Source: Flavipsychrobacter sp.
GTDB lineage: Bacteria; Bacteroidota; Bacteroidia; Chitinophagales; Chitinophagaceae
DNA length: 64,000 bases
Assembly (NCBI GenBank): GCA_965276955.1
Contig: CBDIBP010000043.1
Location: 60,646-124,645, forward strand
Direction: 5' to 3'
Every line of letters begins with the position of its first letter. The stretch's first letter is position 1. The notes under the pieces were generated by a model, which was given only the letters and a program-made list of their open reading frames with translations, ran no database searches and had not been told where the DNA came from. This document shows positions 1 to 10,891 of this stretch, piece by piece. Made by a program: the position numbers and the translations under genes.

Positions 1-1
1 C

Positions 2-1030
2 ATCACGGAAAGCTCAGGCGTGGTATGGACCAATGGTAAACTCTGGACACACAACGATAGCGGAAACCCTGCTGAAATATATAGTATTGACACCACTGAC
101 GGACATACGTTGCAGACCGTGGTGATAGATAACTACCCTAACGTGGACTGGGAAGATATTACTGCCGATAGTGCATACATATACGTGAGTGACTGTGGCA
201 ATAACAATGGCAGCCGGAGAGATCAGAAAGTGCTGAAAATAGCTAAATCGAGCATTGGGAGTGGTACAACCGTGCATGTAAATGCACAGGCAATAAACAT
301 TTCCTATACCGATCAGACCAGTTACGCACCGAGCAGTTCGAACAACTTTGATTGTGAATCTATCCTTTCTATAAAGGATTCGCTCTACATTTTTACAAAG
401 GACAGGGGCGACCTGGCCACACGTGTATATAAGATGCCTAAGGTGCCCGGTACTTATGCGCTTACTCCCTACACCTCATTTGCTACGAACGGACTGATAA
501 CAGGTGCAGACTATAACCCTGTAACAAACGAAATAGTGCTGATAGGCTATCAACAAAGTCACCTGTATTCCTTTTTGTGGATACTGAACGATTTTAAAGG
601 TGACATGTTCTTCGCTGGCAACAAGCGCAAAATTCTAATAGGGAATGGCCAGGAATGGCAAACGGAAGGGGTCTGTTATATAGACAGCAACAGGTTCTTT
701 ATATCGTGCGAAACTGCAGGGATTTTTAACGCATCTCTTTTTGTGACCAACAATACATGGAAGGGTGTAAAGGCAAACTCTGTAGGTAAAGTGAACCTGA
801 ACTATGTAAATGTGTATCCCAATCCATCGGCAAGTATACTACATGTAGTGAACATGCCAACTAAGGGAGCCTATACGCTTACCGACATGCAAGGTAAATG
901 TATGCAGCAGGGCCATGTGAATGCAGGCAATACTGATGTGAACATAAGTAAATTACCACCGGCTATGTATGATATAAATATCATGGGAGATGACGGGAGC
1001 ATTGCTATACTGAAAGTAGTGAAACAGTAA
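2..1030 (+). CDS. Secreted protein with type-A T9SS C-terminal sorting domain (5' end outside window)
   Basis: The frame is open from nt 2, so the listed GTG at 20 is probably internal. The last ~75 aa (VNVYPNPSASILHVV...MYDINIMGDDGSIAILKVVKQ) show the Por secretion-tail pattern of Bacteroidota T9SS cargo. Confidence 0.7.
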   Translation: MTESSGVVWTNGKLWTHNDSGNPAEIYSIDTTDGHTLQTVVIDNYPNVDWEDITADSAYIYVSDCGNNNGSRRDQKVLKIAKSSIGSGTTVHVNAQAINISYTDQTSYAPSSSNNFDCESILSIKDSLYIFTKDRGDLATRVYKMPKVPGTYALTPYTSFATNGLITGADYNPVTNEIVLIGYQQSHLYSFLWILNDFKGDMFFAGNKRKILIGNGQEWQTEGVCYIDSNRFFISCETAGIFNASLFVTNNTWKGVKANSVGKVNLNYVNVYPNPSASILHVVNMPTKGAYTLTDMQGKCMQQGHVNAGNTDVNISKLPPAMYDINIMGDDGSIAILKVVKQ

Positions 1031-1056
1031 GGGCTACGTAATTTGTATATAATTTG

Positions 1057-1092
1057 AAGGGTTATTTATATATTTATGAATAACCCTTTTGT
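1057..1092. terminator. Bidirectional hairpin terminator between convergent genes
   Basis: aagggttatt (1057-1066) pairs with aataaccctt (1079-1088). It has T/A-rich flanks on both sides and lies between the stops at 1030 (+) and 1119 (-). Confidence 0.5.
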
Positions 1093-1118
1093 TTCCCATT
1101 GAGAAAAAAGATAGTTGT

Positions 1119-2177
1119 TTAATCCTGATCCAGCACCTCGAAACGCGGGCACTGTACCGCATCGGCAGCAGTTTTTTCTTTAGAGAATACACCGCGGGTG
1201 AACAGCGATATCTCGAAGCCACCGGTGCCACTATTTATGGTACGCAAATTAGAAACGGTGACATCGTACGACAGATTTACAGAGTAGTTCTTGTGGTCTA
1301 ACTTGAAGGTTGGGATGATGGCATCGCCCCAGCGATAGAACGCGCCGGCATAGAGCGTGAAGTGGCTACCTGTGGCAGCTTCGCTAATGCTGCGCCAGCT
1401 TATAAGCCCGCCACCTATTATTTCCTGGTAAGGGTTTTGATTGGTGTAGTTGAAATGGCAAGTGAGCGCGAACTGGTCATCGAGGCGCACCTTAAAACCC
1501 ATTTGTCCGTCAAACTTCATGCTGGCCCTTTCCAGTTGGTCTGCAGCCAGGAAGGCTTGCGGGGGTTGCAGTACATGGTATGCAGATACGCCTATATAGT
1601 AGTTGGCGTGGTTGTATGCGCCCATCGATCCGTTGAGGCTGACGCCTGCGCCAAGATCATAGCTCTGTATGCTCTTAAAATTTTGACTTTCCCCTGTAGC
1701 ATTGTAGGAGGAGTAGTTTCCGTTAACATATTGGCTGCTGAACTGCGCCTTGCTGATATCTATAGAGCGCTGTATAAAACCGCCAGTGAAGCCTGCAGAG
1801 AAATAGGTATTGTGCTCATCTTCCATGCTCTTGTTATAGTTGATGGCCGGGTATACCTGTACGGTATTAAAACTGATAGACCCTGCATGGTCGTAAGTGG
1901 CAGCAAGGCCTATGCTGAGAAAGTCTTTCTTTTCCTGGCCCAGGTGTATGCGGGTCTCCATAGAGGCCAGTACGGTCTGGTAGGGTACTGCGAGGTCGCT
2001 CCACTGCGAGCGGTAATCTACGCCGGCTTTATAGTCTCCGCTAAATATACCTACCAGCGCAGGATTGCGCAAAATAGGGTTGTCGTAGAATTGGGAAAAA
2101 TGTAGGTCCTGGGCTATTCCCTTATACGCACCCGCACCGCACATCATTAACACCAATAAGGTAAAATATCTCTTCAT
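1119..2177 (-). CDS. PorP/SprF family type IX secretion system membrane protein
   Basis: A signal peptide is followed by the family N-terminal signature AQDLHFSQFYDNPILRNPALVG. The rest is beta-barrel-like with alternating residues. The gene sits directly downstream of a type-B T9SS cargo gene. Confidence 0.8.
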   Translation of the reverse strand: MKRYFTLLVLMMCGAGAYKGIAQDLHFSQFYDNPILRNPALVGIFSGDYKAGVDYRSQWSDLAVPYQTVLASMETRIHLGQEKKDFLSIGLAATYDHAGSISFNTVQVYPAINYNKSMEDEHNTYFSAGFTGGFIQRSIDISKAQFSSQYVNGNYSSYNATGESQNFKSIQSYDLGAGVSLNGSMGAYNHANYYIGVSAYHVLQPPQAFLAADQLERASMKFDGQMGFKVRLDDQFALTCHFNYTNQNPYQEIIGGGLISWRSISEAATGSHFTLYAGAFYRWGDAIIPTFKLDHKNYSVNLSYDVTVSNLRTINSGTGGFEISLFTRGVFSKEKTAADAVQCPRFEVLDQD

Positions 2178-2209
2178 GACACTTGATTTTAAAACTGTTT
2201 TTTATGCTG

Positions 2210-5200
2210 TTATAGGACCAGGGAAATATCCCCTTTATATTCCAGCAGTTCGCCTGTTTCGCAGGTCACTATTATTGAGTATACGAATACATCCGACTTC
2301 AGCAGTTGCCCTTTGTACTTGCCATCCCACCCTGCGTTAGGGTCGTTCACTGGCACATCATCGGCACTGTATACTTGCTCGCCCCAGCGGTTGAAAACAC
2401 TGAAGTGTTTCACATTGATAATACCTTTACCGCTTACATAGAATTTATCATTAGCGCCATCGCCATTTGGGGTAAATATATTGGGGATGAACACTTGCCC
2501 GTTCTGGCATTTAAGATATATAGTGGTCCTTGCACTGTCCCTACAGCCGCCTTGGCCGGTTGCAGTAACGGTATATGTGGTAGTGCGTTGCGGCGTGGCC
2601 GAAGGGCTCTGGCAGTCTATACAGCTCAGCCCATCTGGCGGCGACCAGGTAAAGGCAGTAATATCCAGACTGCTTTTCACGTTTATCTGTGTTGTTTGTC
2701 CATCCAGTATCGTTTGGTCAGCACCGGTACTTATTTTAGGCAGCGGGTAGACGAGTATTGGTTGCGTAAGGGTATCGGTAAAGCAGTCGTTCTCTTTAAT
2801 GTATACGGTATATGTGGTAGTGCTGCCCGGTACTACTGTAGGCGCAGCGCTGTTGGGGTCGCTCAGGCCATTGACAGGTGTCCAGGTGTAGCTTTGCCCA
2901 CCTGTAGCTTTTAGGTGCACAGTAGTGCCCGCACATACACTATCCCCTGCGCCTACAGATGTAGGCACCCGGCTCTCTACGGCCAGCAGTACCTGTGTAG
3001 TATCTTTGCAGCCATTCACATCTATACCAGCAACGTTATAAACAGTGTTGGTAGTTATATCCACGAATGGCGCAGCACAGTTACTACATGATAGGCCAGC
3101 TGCAGGGTACCATATATAGCTTTGGGCACCAGTAGCAGTTACTTGTATCGGTACACCTGCACACACATTCTGCGCAGGCACCTTCACTACCGGCAGCGGG
3201 TTCACTACCACCACTATATGCCCGGTATCGGTACAGCCATTGCCTGCTACTGTAGCCAGGCTGTATAGGGTGGTAGCTGCAGGGCTGGCAACAGGCGTGG
3301 CGCAATTGCTGCAAGATAGCCCGGTGGCAGGATACCATAGATAACTAACAGCCCCCGCAGCAGTACCGGGCAACACTACAGACTTACCGGCACAAATACT
3401 TTTGCTGGAATCTAATGACGACGCAGCAAGCGCATTTACAGTTATGGTTACCTGGCTGGTAGCGCTGCAGCCGTTGGCTCCTGTGCCTGTAACCGTATAG
3501 GTAGTGGTCCCAGCCGGGCTGGCAACAGGCGCAGCACAGTTGGTGCAGGATAATCCCGCAGGTGGTGTCCATGTGTATGATACCGCGCCGGTCGCATTGA
3601 GTTGCGCAGGGTGGCTGCCGCAAATAGAGCGGTTAGGGCCTGCGCTTACTACGGGTAAGGTATTTACTACTTCGGTGATCGTAGTAGTGTCCATGCAACC
3701 ATTGGTCGCGGTGCCCACTACGGTATAGGTGGTAGTAGCTGCAGGAAGTACGGAAGTAGATGCGCAGTTAGTGCAGCCCAGGCCAGTGCCGGGTGTCCAC
3801 ACGTAGGTAGCAGCGCCTGAGGCAGTGAGTGTTACCTGTGCTGTTTGCCCCGGGCATATTGGTGAGTTACCAGTAATGGTAACAACAGGTTTCTGCCCTA
3901 TGCTCACAGTTCTAATAATAGTATCAGTACAGCCCGATACATTGCTGATGATAAGCCGCACCTGGTAGGTGCCGCCGGTAGTGTAGGTGTGCACAGGGTT
4001 GTGTGCCAATGATGTACTACCATCGCCAAAGCTCCACGAGCGGGTGGCTATGCCAGATAAAGAGCCTGAGGTACTATCGGTAAAGCTAACAGGCGCCGGC
4101 GTGCATAATGATGCCGCAGTGTAAGACACGAAAGCGTTTAAACGATCTGCCCGCACGGTATCTCCCATTACAGGCACCTGGCAGGTACCATTGCTGATGA
4201 TGACCAGCGGTATGTAATTACCCGGCTGTGTGTAAGTATAGTTGAAGGTAGACGCCGTAGTGGTCTGGGTATATCCATTATTCAGATCCCAGGTATATGA
4301 TGTTGCGCCGTTGCTATTGCTTACATTCAGTTGAATACTCAACGGTGTGCAGCCCGAATAATTATTGACAGAGAAAGTACCTGTAGGGCCCAGTACAGCT
4401 ACGCTTTTAGTGGCAGAGTCCACACAGCCCGAAATATTGTGTGCCACCATTTTTATATGATAAACACCGGGGTAAGTATACACCGTAGATGGGTTAGCGA
4501 GTACTGACTGGCCACCGTTACCAAACGTCCAGGTGTAGGTATTGCTGCCGTTGGTAAGGTTGGTGCAGTGTACGGTAAGTGGCGGGCATGTGGCAAAACT
4601 ATCGCTGATGGCAAATGCGGCGTTAAGCCCCGCTACACGTATGTACGCAGTGCGGGTCATGGTATCGCTGCAGCTATTGGCATCTGTAACTATGAGCCTG
4701 ATAGTATAGGAACCCATGACAGGGTAAATATGAAAAGGAGTAGTGGCAAAAGAAGTGATACCATCCCCAAAGCTCCAGTTATAGCTTAGTCCGTTACCAG
4801 TAGAAGTGTTGGTGAAATTTACCTGCATATTCGGGCATACCGCGGTATCGCCTGATGTGAACTGTGCATGGGGTCTGGTGGTCTGTATATAATTGGCACG
4901 CACCAGGGAATCGGTGCAGCCATTGGCATCCTTCACTACCAGCGTGACAGGGAAATTACCTGTAGTGGTATATGTGTGGGAGACAACCGTGAAATTGCCG
5001 GGAGTAGTATTGCCATCGCCATACTTCCACAACCTGCTCACGATGGATGATGATGAGGGCGCGCTGCTCTGGTCAGTGAATTGCACCCCCAACGGCACAC
5101 ACCCCGATACATTATTGGCAATAAAGCTGGCGGTAGGGCCGCCAACGCTTATGTAGTTGGTTTTTTTAATAGTATCTGCACAGCCATGCTGGTCGGTCAC

Positions 5201-7468
5201 TATCACGCTCACGGTATAGATACCCGCAGTAGTGTAGCTATGCAGAACGGATGATGTGCTGTTGAATATGGTACCATCCCCAAAGTTCCATGTATAGCTT
5301 GCTGTGCCCGGTATATTATTGGTGCTGAAAGTAACTGCTGTGTTCTTGCAGGTATTAGAATCTATAGCTACCAGCGAGGACGGGCTGAAGGTATTGCTGA
5401 GGTGGATGATAGATATGTAGGTGTCGTTGCAGCCGGTGGCATTGTTGTGGACGGTAAGTATCACCGTATCGGTGCCTGCGCTGCTGTATATGTGCGATGG
5501 GTTTTGGGCGGTAGATGTAGCGCCATCACCAAAGTGCCACATCCAGGTATCGGCCCCGCTCGATTGGTCGGTGAAATTGAGTTGCAGCGAATTGCTGCAT
5601 ACAAAGCTATAAGCGAATTGTGCGTGTGGCAACTGCACAGCTATATAGTTGGGTCTTGTCAGGGTATCGGCGCAGCCCCCTGGCCCAAAAGCAATAAGCG
5701 TCACAGTGGCGGTACCGGTTATTTCGTAGCTATGCACAGGATTAGCGGTATTACCCGCAAGGCCATCACCATATATCCACAGGTAGGCTGTGGCCCCGGT
5801 AGATGTGTTGCTAAATGTAACGTTGGTGGCTGGGCAGGTGGTAAGGGGTGCAGCGGTGAATGCAGCAGTAGGTTTTACAGCTGTCATTATGCTTGTTGTG
5901 GCGGTGTAGGTGCAGCCTGCAGCAAGTGTATAGGTGTAGGTTATGATGTAGGTACCTGCTGTAGTATATACGTGTGTAGCGCTGGTGCCGGTAGTACCAT
6001 CGCCATAATTATAACTGAAAGAAGTGGGCGTTATGTTCGGCGATATAGATACTAAGAAATTGGCCGTGGCCGGTATGCAATTGCCATTTGGTAATGAAGG
6101 AGTAAAAGATGTAGAGGGTGTGCCTATGGCTATGTAGTTGGGCAGTGTAAGAGAATCGCTGCAGCCACTGCTGCTGGTGACCACAAGCTTTACATTATAC
6201 ACACCCGTAGCTGTATATGTGTGCGAAGGGTTGGCTGTGGTCTGTGTGGTGCCATCCCCAAAGTACCAGGTTTGCGTAGCGCTATTAGTGCTGCTGTTGG
6301 TGAACTGCACAGTGAACGGTGCGGTGCAGCTCCAGGTACTGTTTGCCGAAAAGCTTACAGTTGGCTTTGCGTTTATGGTTATGGTCTGTGTGGCAGAGTC
6401 TGCACAGGCGCCTGCACTGCTTACGAGTTTTGTTGTATATACACCTGCACTTGCATAAGTGTGAGCCGGGCTTGTTGTGGTGCTGGCTGTGCCATCGCCA
6501 AATGTCCATGCAGTATTTGAAGATGCGGGTACTGAGGTATTGGTAAATGTAATGGCATTGCCCAGGCAGATAGATGAATTACTTACTGTAAAAGAAGCCG
6601 TAGGGTGGCCTATTACTACAAAAGCAGGTTTTACAGCAGTGTCCTTACAACCATTGGCGCCGGTTGCAACCAGAGTAACCGTATAAGTTCCTAAAGCAGC
6701 ATATGGATGAGAAGGGTTAATGGCTACAGCAGTGCTGCCATCGCCAAACGTCCACGAGTAAGATGTGCCGCCTGTGGTAAGGTTATTAAAGTTCACAGTG
6801 GCCGGGGCTGTGCATGGAGTGTTGGTACTCGAAGCAAAATTGGCAACAGGTGCATTCTGCGACCGTATATATCCTGTCTTTACAAGGGTATTGGTGCACC
6901 CGCTGGCATTAGTGATAATGAGCGTAACATTATAAGTGCCTACAGTACTGTATAGGTGCGATGGATTTGCCAATGTACTGGTATTACCATCACCAAAGTC
7001 CCACAGATAGGTGCTGGCACCACTGCTGTTGGGTATTGAGGTGTTAATGAAATTGACAGTGTGTGATGAACACACAGCGCCCGAATCGCTAGCCACAAAA
7101 TTGGCTATGGGTAACCCATTCACAGTAATGTAACTGGTGATGGTCTTCGTATTACTGCCGCTGGCATTGGTAGCCGTAAGGGTAACGGTATATGTGCCCG
7201 CTGTGGTGTAGGTAGTAGATGGGTTTTGCAGGGTAGATGTGGTACCGTTACCCAATGTCCAGCTCCAGGAGGTGGGGCTGCCGGTACTTTGATCTGTGAA
7301 CTGTACTACCACGGGAGAACATCCACTGGTATTGTTAGCCGTAAAGTTGGCTACTGGCTGGGCTATCATGATACCAGGCATACCAATGGCTATACCGATA
7401 CATAATAGCGTGTATAGAACTCTACTCATACACCTATATTTAAATTTTTCTCTCTTAATGTGCAGCAA
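2210..7468 (-). CDS. SprB-like cell-surface adhesin: PKD-repeat protein with type-B T9SS (gliding motility-associated) C-terminal sorting domain
   Basis: 1752-aa ORF with a signal peptide. I count 14 PKD-type repeats by the recurring W-x-[FWY]-G-[DN]-G motif. Six ~75-aa Cys repeats follow (GLSC[ST]NCA...TTTYTV...NGC.DT). The C terminus reads IPNIFTPNGDGANDKF...FNRWGEQVY...WDGKYKG. Confidence 0.85.
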   Translation of the reverse strand: MLHIKREKFKYRCMSRVLYTLLCIGIAIGMPGIMIAQPVANFTANNTSGCSPVVVQFTDQSTGSPTSWSWTLGNGTTSTLQNPSTTYTTAGTYTVTLTATNASGSNTKTITSYITVNGLPIANFVASDSGAVCSSHTVNFINTSIPNSSGASTYLWDFGDGNTSTLANPSHLYSTVGTYNVTLIITNASGCTNTLVKTGYIRSQNAPVANFASSTNTPCTAPATVNFNNLTTGGTSYSWTFGDGSTAVAINPSHPYAALGTYTVTLVATGANGCKDTAVKPAFVVIGHPTASFTVSNSSICLGNAITFTNTSVPASSNTAWTFGDGTASTTTSPAHTYASAGVYTTKLVSSAGACADSATQTITINAKPTVSFSANSTWSCTAPFTVQFTNSSTNSATQTWYFGDGTTQTTANPSHTYTATGVYNVKLVVTSSSGCSDSLTLPNYIAIGTPSTSFTPSLPNGNCIPATANFLVSISPNITPTSFSYNYGDGTTGTSATHVYTTAGTYIITYTYTLAAGCTYTATTSIMTAVKPTAAFTAAPLTTCPATNVTFSNTSTGATAYLWIYGDGLAGNTANPVHSYEITGTATVTLIAFGPGGCADTLTRPNYIAVQLPHAQFAYSFVCSNSLQLNFTDQSSGADTWMWHFGDGATSTAQNPSHIYSSAGTDTVILTVHNNATGCNDTYISIIHLSNTFSPSSLVAIDSNTCKNTAVTFSTNNIPGTASYTWNFGDGTIFNSTSSVLHSYTTAGIYTVSVIVTDQHGCADTIKKTNYISVGGPTASFIANNVSGCVPLGVQFTDQSSAPSSSSIVSRLWKYGDGNTTPGNFTVVSHTYTTTGNFPVTLVVKDANGCTDSLVRANYIQTTRPHAQFTSGDTAVCPNMQVNFTNTSTGNGLSYNWSFGDGITSFATTPFHIYPVMGSYTIRLIVTDANSCSDTMTRTAYIRVAGLNAAFAISDSFATCPPLTVHCTNLTNGSNTYTWTFGNGGQSVLANPSTVYTYPGVYHIKMVAHNISGCVDSATKSVAVLGPTGTFSVNNYSGCTPLSIQLNVSNSNGATSYTWDLNNGYTQTTTASTFNYTYTQPGNYIPLVIISNGTCQVPVMGDTVRADRLNAFVSYTAASLCTPAPVSFTDSTSGSLSGIATRSWSFGDGSTSLAHNPVHTYTTGGTYQVRLIISNVSGCTDTIIRTVSIGQKPVVTITGNSPICPGQTAQVTLTASGAATYVWTPGTGLGCTNCASTSVLPAATTTYTVVGTATNGCMDTTTITEVVNTLPVVSAGPNRSICGSHPAQLNATGAVSYTWTPPAGLSCTNCAAPVASPAGTTTYTVTGTGANGCSATSQVTITVNALAASSLDSSKSICAGKSVVLPGTAAGAVSYLWYPATGLSCSNCATPVASPAATTLYSLATVAGNGCTDTGHIVVVVNPLPVVKVPAQNVCAGVPIQVTATGAQSYIWYPAAGLSCSNCAAPFVDITTNTVYNVAGIDVNGCKDTTQVLLAVESRVPTSVGAGDSVCAGTTVHLKATGGQSYTWTPVNGLSDPNSAAPTVVPGSTTTYTVYIKENDCFTDTLTQPILVYPLPKISTGADQTILDGQTTQINVKSSLDITAFTWSPPDGLSCIDCQSPSATPQRTTTYTVTATGQGGCRDSARTTIYLKCQNGQVFIPNIFTPNGDGANDKFYVSGKGIINVKHFSVFNRWGEQVYSADDVPVNDPNAGWDGKYKGQLLKSDVFVYSIIVTCETGELLEYKGDISLVL

Positions 7469-7759
7469 AAATAAGCAACAACCCTATACAATATTAAACG
7501 GTCATATGTATATGACACATATGATCTCATTTTTACATTGTTATGATATAGTGTATTTTTACCTACTACTAAGGTACTGGAATAATAATTTATATAACCC
7601 TTTGCAGATCTATATAATTATGAATTTCAGGCAGAAAGATAGTGAACTACTATATGCCACTTATTTTATGTAGGTCTTTATGCAGGTATGGGTAATATTA
7701 CTGCATGTTTAGGGCGCATGAGTTTTTAATACTTAGCGCTGAAAAAGAATAAAGTAAGC

Positions 7760-7777
7760 CTGCATGTAGACATGCAG
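7760..7777 (-). terminator. Hairpin terminator downstream of pdxJ
   Basis: ctgcatgt/acatgcag inverted repeat. On the minus strand it is followed by a T-rich tract (ttactttattcttttt). Confidence 0.45.
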
Positions 7778-7799
7778 TGTTGTTTCAATAGCTGCAACC

Positions 7800-8528
7800 T
7801 TATTGCATAGTTTGCAATTTCCTTCTGTACATCTGTATAGTATTCTCCAGTCCGTAGTACAGCGCATCGCTGATGAGTGCATGGCCTATAGATACTTCCA
7901 GCAGTTGAGGTACGCTTTGCGCAAAGAATTGCAGGTTGTGCAGGTCCAAATCGTGGCCGGCATTGATACCTAAGCCATTGTTGACGGCAATATTTGCAGC
8001 GGCCACATAGTCTTTTATAGCTGCGTTCTTATCAGTATGGAATTGAGATGCATATGCTTCGGTATATAGCTCTATACGGTGGGTACCTGTTGCGGCTGCG
8101 GCTGCAACCATTTCGGGTACAGGGTCTACGAATATGCTTACGCGTATACCGGCCTTTTTTAAAATAGCAATAGTATCGCGCAAGTAGTTGGCCTGTTTTA
8201 TAGTGTCCCAGCCGTGGTTGCTGGTCAGCTGGTTGGGGTCGTCTGGTACCAGGGTCACTTGTGCGGGCTTTACATCCAGTACCAGTTGCATGAATTTATC
8301 TTCCAGCGGGTTGCCTTCGATATTAAATTCGGTGGTCACAATATCTTTCAGTGCATACACATCGGCATAGCGTATATGGCGCTCATCGGGGCGCGGATGC
8401 ACGGTGATACCTTCTGCGCCAAACCGCTCACAGTCGGCTGCAACTTTCAGCACATCAGGATTGTTGCCACCGCGGCTGTTGCGCAGGGTAGCTATCTTGT
8501 TTATATTCACCGAAAGCCTTGTGGCCAT
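7800..8528 (-). CDS. pdxJ: Pyridoxine 5'-phosphate synthase
   Basis: From the internal Met at 8528, [21 protein letters not shown]...[13 protein letters not shown]...GHAL reads as PdxJ at the typical ~242 aa. The 36 upstream codons of the listed ORF run into the divergent promoter region. Confidence 0.85.
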   Translation of the reverse strand: MATRLSVNINKIATLRNSRGGNNPDVLKVAADCERFGAEGITVHPRPDERHIRYADVYALKDIVTTEFNIEGNPLEDKFMQLVLDVKPAQVTLVPDDPNQLTSNHGWDTIKQANYLRDTIAILKKAGIRVSIFVDPVPEMVAAAAATGTHRIELYTEAYASQFHTDKNAAIKDYVAAANIAVNNGLGINAGHDLDLHNLQFFAQSVPQLLEVSIGHALISDALYYGLENTIQMYRRKLQTMQ

Positions 8529-8568
8529 TATGTTTATTTTTGGTAAAATTAAAGCGCATTTAGCACAT

Positions 8569-10206
8569 ATGAGGCCGATGGGTGCAAATAAACATTTCTT
8601 ATTCCTGCTGCTTACGCTTGGGCTGCTTGCAGGCACATCGTGCCGACAAACTGCTACAGAAAATAAGAAGGTATTCCGCCTTAACTATTCCAGCGGCACG
8701 CTTGAAAGCATAGACCCTGCTTTTGCGAAGGACCTGTACATAATGTGGACGGTACACATGGTATACAATACACTGGTAGAGGCTGATGAGCACGAGCATA
8801 TAGTGCCCTCGCTTGCCACACGTTGGGATGTGTCTAATGACGGACTCACTTATACTTTTCACCTCCGCAATGATGTTTATTTTCAGGATAACCCCCTCTT
8901 TTCCGGTGGCAAGGGCAGGCGCATGGTAGCTGCTGATGTGGTATACAGTTTCAACAGACTTATAGACCCTGCTACGGCATCCACCGGAGGGTGGATATTT
9001 AATGGGCGTGTGGCAACGCAGCAGCCATTTACAGCTATCAACGATACCACGCTGCAAATAAAACTTGCGCACCCCTTCAGGCCGCTCGTGCAAATGCTGA
9101 GCATGCCCTACTGCAGCATAGTACCACAGGAAGTAGCAAAACATTGGGGCAGCGATTTCCGCCGACACCCCTGCGGCACAGGCCCGTTCATGTATCACTA
9201 CTGGGACGAAGGCAATGTGCTGGTACTGCACAAGAACCCGCACTATTGGGAAAAAGAAAATGACAGGCAACTACCGCTTACAGATGCGGTGCAAATAACC
9301 TTTACAGACAGCAAGGCCACAGAATTTTTCCTGTTCCTGCAGCACAAACTCGACTTTGTAAATGGTATAGACGGTACTTTTAAAGACCTTGTATTAGCGC
9401 GCAGCGGCACGCTGAAAAAAGAATACGCCAGTAAGTTCCACCTGGATAAAGGTGTGTACTTTGATACGGAATATATAGGCTTCCTTATGGATAGCAGCAA
9501 CAAAGCTGTGCAAGGGCAGCCTACTCAAAACCTATTGGTACGGCAGGCCATCAACTATGCTGTAGACCGTAAAAAGATAGTCACCTACTTCCGCAATGGT
9601 ACTGGTATACCAGCCTCAGGAGGTTTTATACCCTATGGTATGCCGGGCTATGATAGTGCCCAGCATTACGGCTACCATTATGACCCCGCAAAGGCATTGC
9701 AACTACTGGCGCAGGCAGGCTACCCGCATGGCAAAGGCCTCGCTCCTGTGAAGCTGACCACTGTGGACAACTGGGTAGACATCACTAACCTGGTAGCCAC
9801 ACAACTACAAGAGGTGGGTATACCTACCGAGATAGATGTGCTGCAACCCAACATACTAAAGCAACAAACATCAGAAAGCAGGGTAGCCTGCTTCCGCGCT
9901 ACATGGCTGGCCGATTATCCTGATGCAGAAAGCTACATGGCTTTTTTCTACAGTCGCTATCCTGCACCGCCCAACTATACACGGTTCAGGAATGCGCAAT
10001 TCGATACTTGGTATGATCAAAGCCTGAATGCACCTGATAGTACCCGACTACAGCTATACCACAAAATGGATAGCCTCGCCATGAGCTATGCGCCCATACT
10101 CCCTTTGTTTTACGATCAGTTGCTGCACTTTACCCAAAACAATGTGCACGGCTTTAGCAGCAACGCAATGAACATCATAGAGCTAAAGCGGGTAGAGCTG
10201 AAGTGA
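8569..10206 (+). CDS. ABC transporter substrate-binding lipoprotein, family 5 (peptide/nickel type)
   Basis: The Met at 8569 gives a signal peptide with a lipobox (LLAGTSC). The body ([11 protein letters not shown]...[24 protein letters not shown]...) is typical SBP_bac_5. The listed upstream extension overlaps pdxJ. Confidence 0.75.
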   Translation: MRPMGANKHFLFLLLTLGLLAGTSCRQTATENKKVFRLNYSSGTLESIDPAFAKDLYIMWTVHMVYNTLVEADEHEHIVPSLATRWDVSNDGLTYTFHLRNDVYFQDNPLFSGGKGRRMVAADVVYSFNRLIDPATASTGGWIFNGRVATQQPFTAINDTTLQIKLAHPFRPLVQMLSMPYCSIVPQEVAKHWGSDFRRHPCGTGPFMYHYWDEGNVLVLHKNPHYWEKENDRQLPLTDAVQITFTDSKATEFFLFLQHKLDFVNGIDGTFKDLVLARSGTLKKEYASKFHLDKGVYFDTEYIGFLMDSSNKAVQGQPTQNLLVRQAINYAVDRKKIVTYFRNGTGIPASGGFIPYGMPGYDSAQHYGYHYDPAKALQLLAQAGYPHGKGLAPVKLTTVDNWVDITNLVATQLQEVGIPTEIDVLQPNILKQQTSESRVACFRATWLADYPDAESYMAFFYSRYPAPPNYTRFRNAQFDTWYDQSLNAPDSTRLQLYHKMDSLAMSYAPILPLFYDQLLHFTQNNVHGFSSNAMNIIELKRVELK

Positions 10207-10260
10207 TCTAACATATCATTATAAATAGGCATGGAGCTTTATGCGTATTTTTAATGAACG

Positions 10261-10836
10261 ATGAAAAGGATATTGTGTGTGTTATTATTAATGAGTTTCG
10301 CTCCTGCATATGCTCAGAAACATGGAGTGACCGTGAAGGTAAAAATGGGCAATGAAAGTGATGGTGACAACATACTACTATACAACCGCAACCACCCTCT
10401 TACTATAAGCGATTTTGAAGGCAGACCTTTTGGGCCGCAAGTAGCAATGACCAGCAGTGGTATATATATAAGCTCTAATTGGAGTGGTGATAACATTAGT
10501 ATCTCGCTCGATGTGGTCATTACGACCACATTTGACAGGTCGAGATCGTTCTTTAAAGATGAAGGGAAGAACGCTTACATTTTGAATCACGAGCAACGGC
10601 ACTTTGACATTACGGCAATTGAGGCATGCAAGCTGATAACAGCTATTAAAAATTATCACTTCACACTGGCCAACTACGAAGAAGAGCTGAGCACTATTTA
10701 CCAGAAGTATCAGAACGAGAATACTGAAAGGCAACAGCAGTATGATGATGAGACCAACCATAGCATCAACAAAATGCAACAAGAAGCATGGAATAAAAAG
10801 ATAGATACAGAGCTAAAGGAACAGACCTGCTATTAG
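10261..10836 (+). CDS. DUF922-like putative secreted Zn-metalloprotease
   Basis: Signal peptide (MKRILCVLLLMSFAPAYAQ) and an HExxH-type motif in the context LNHEQRHFDIT, which I recall as characteristic of DUF922. Confidence 0.45.
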   Translation: MKRILCVLLLMSFAPAYAQKHGVTVKVKMGNESDGDNILLYNRNHPLTISDFEGRPFGPQVAMTSSGIYISSNWSGDNISISLDVVITTTFDRSRSFFKDEGKNAYILNHEQRHFDITAIEACKLITAIKNYHFTLANYEEELSTIYQKYQNENTERQQQYDDETNHSINKMQQEAWNKKIDTELKEQTCY

Positions 10837-10891
10837 GAAGTGAATAAGTTATCTTAATATACACCACTAAACAACACACTAAATATCTCTA

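Noticed and set aside
1362-2105. 247-aa plus-strand ORF overlapping the PorP/SprF gene.
   Set aside because: It is a shadow ORF. The opposite strand carries the diagnostic PorP/SprF N-terminal signature and a signal peptide.
2210-7468. The repetitive PKD region as a DNA repeat array or CRISPR-like structure.
   Set aside because: The repetition is at protein-domain level only. The DNA copies are diverged, of variable length, and have no spacer/repeat regularity.
8404-8568. N-terminal 55-codon extension of the substrate-binding protein ORF, overlapping pdxJ.
   Set aside because: The Met at 8569 gives a clean lipoprotein signal peptide. The extension is antisense to the pdxJ coding sequence and its promoter.
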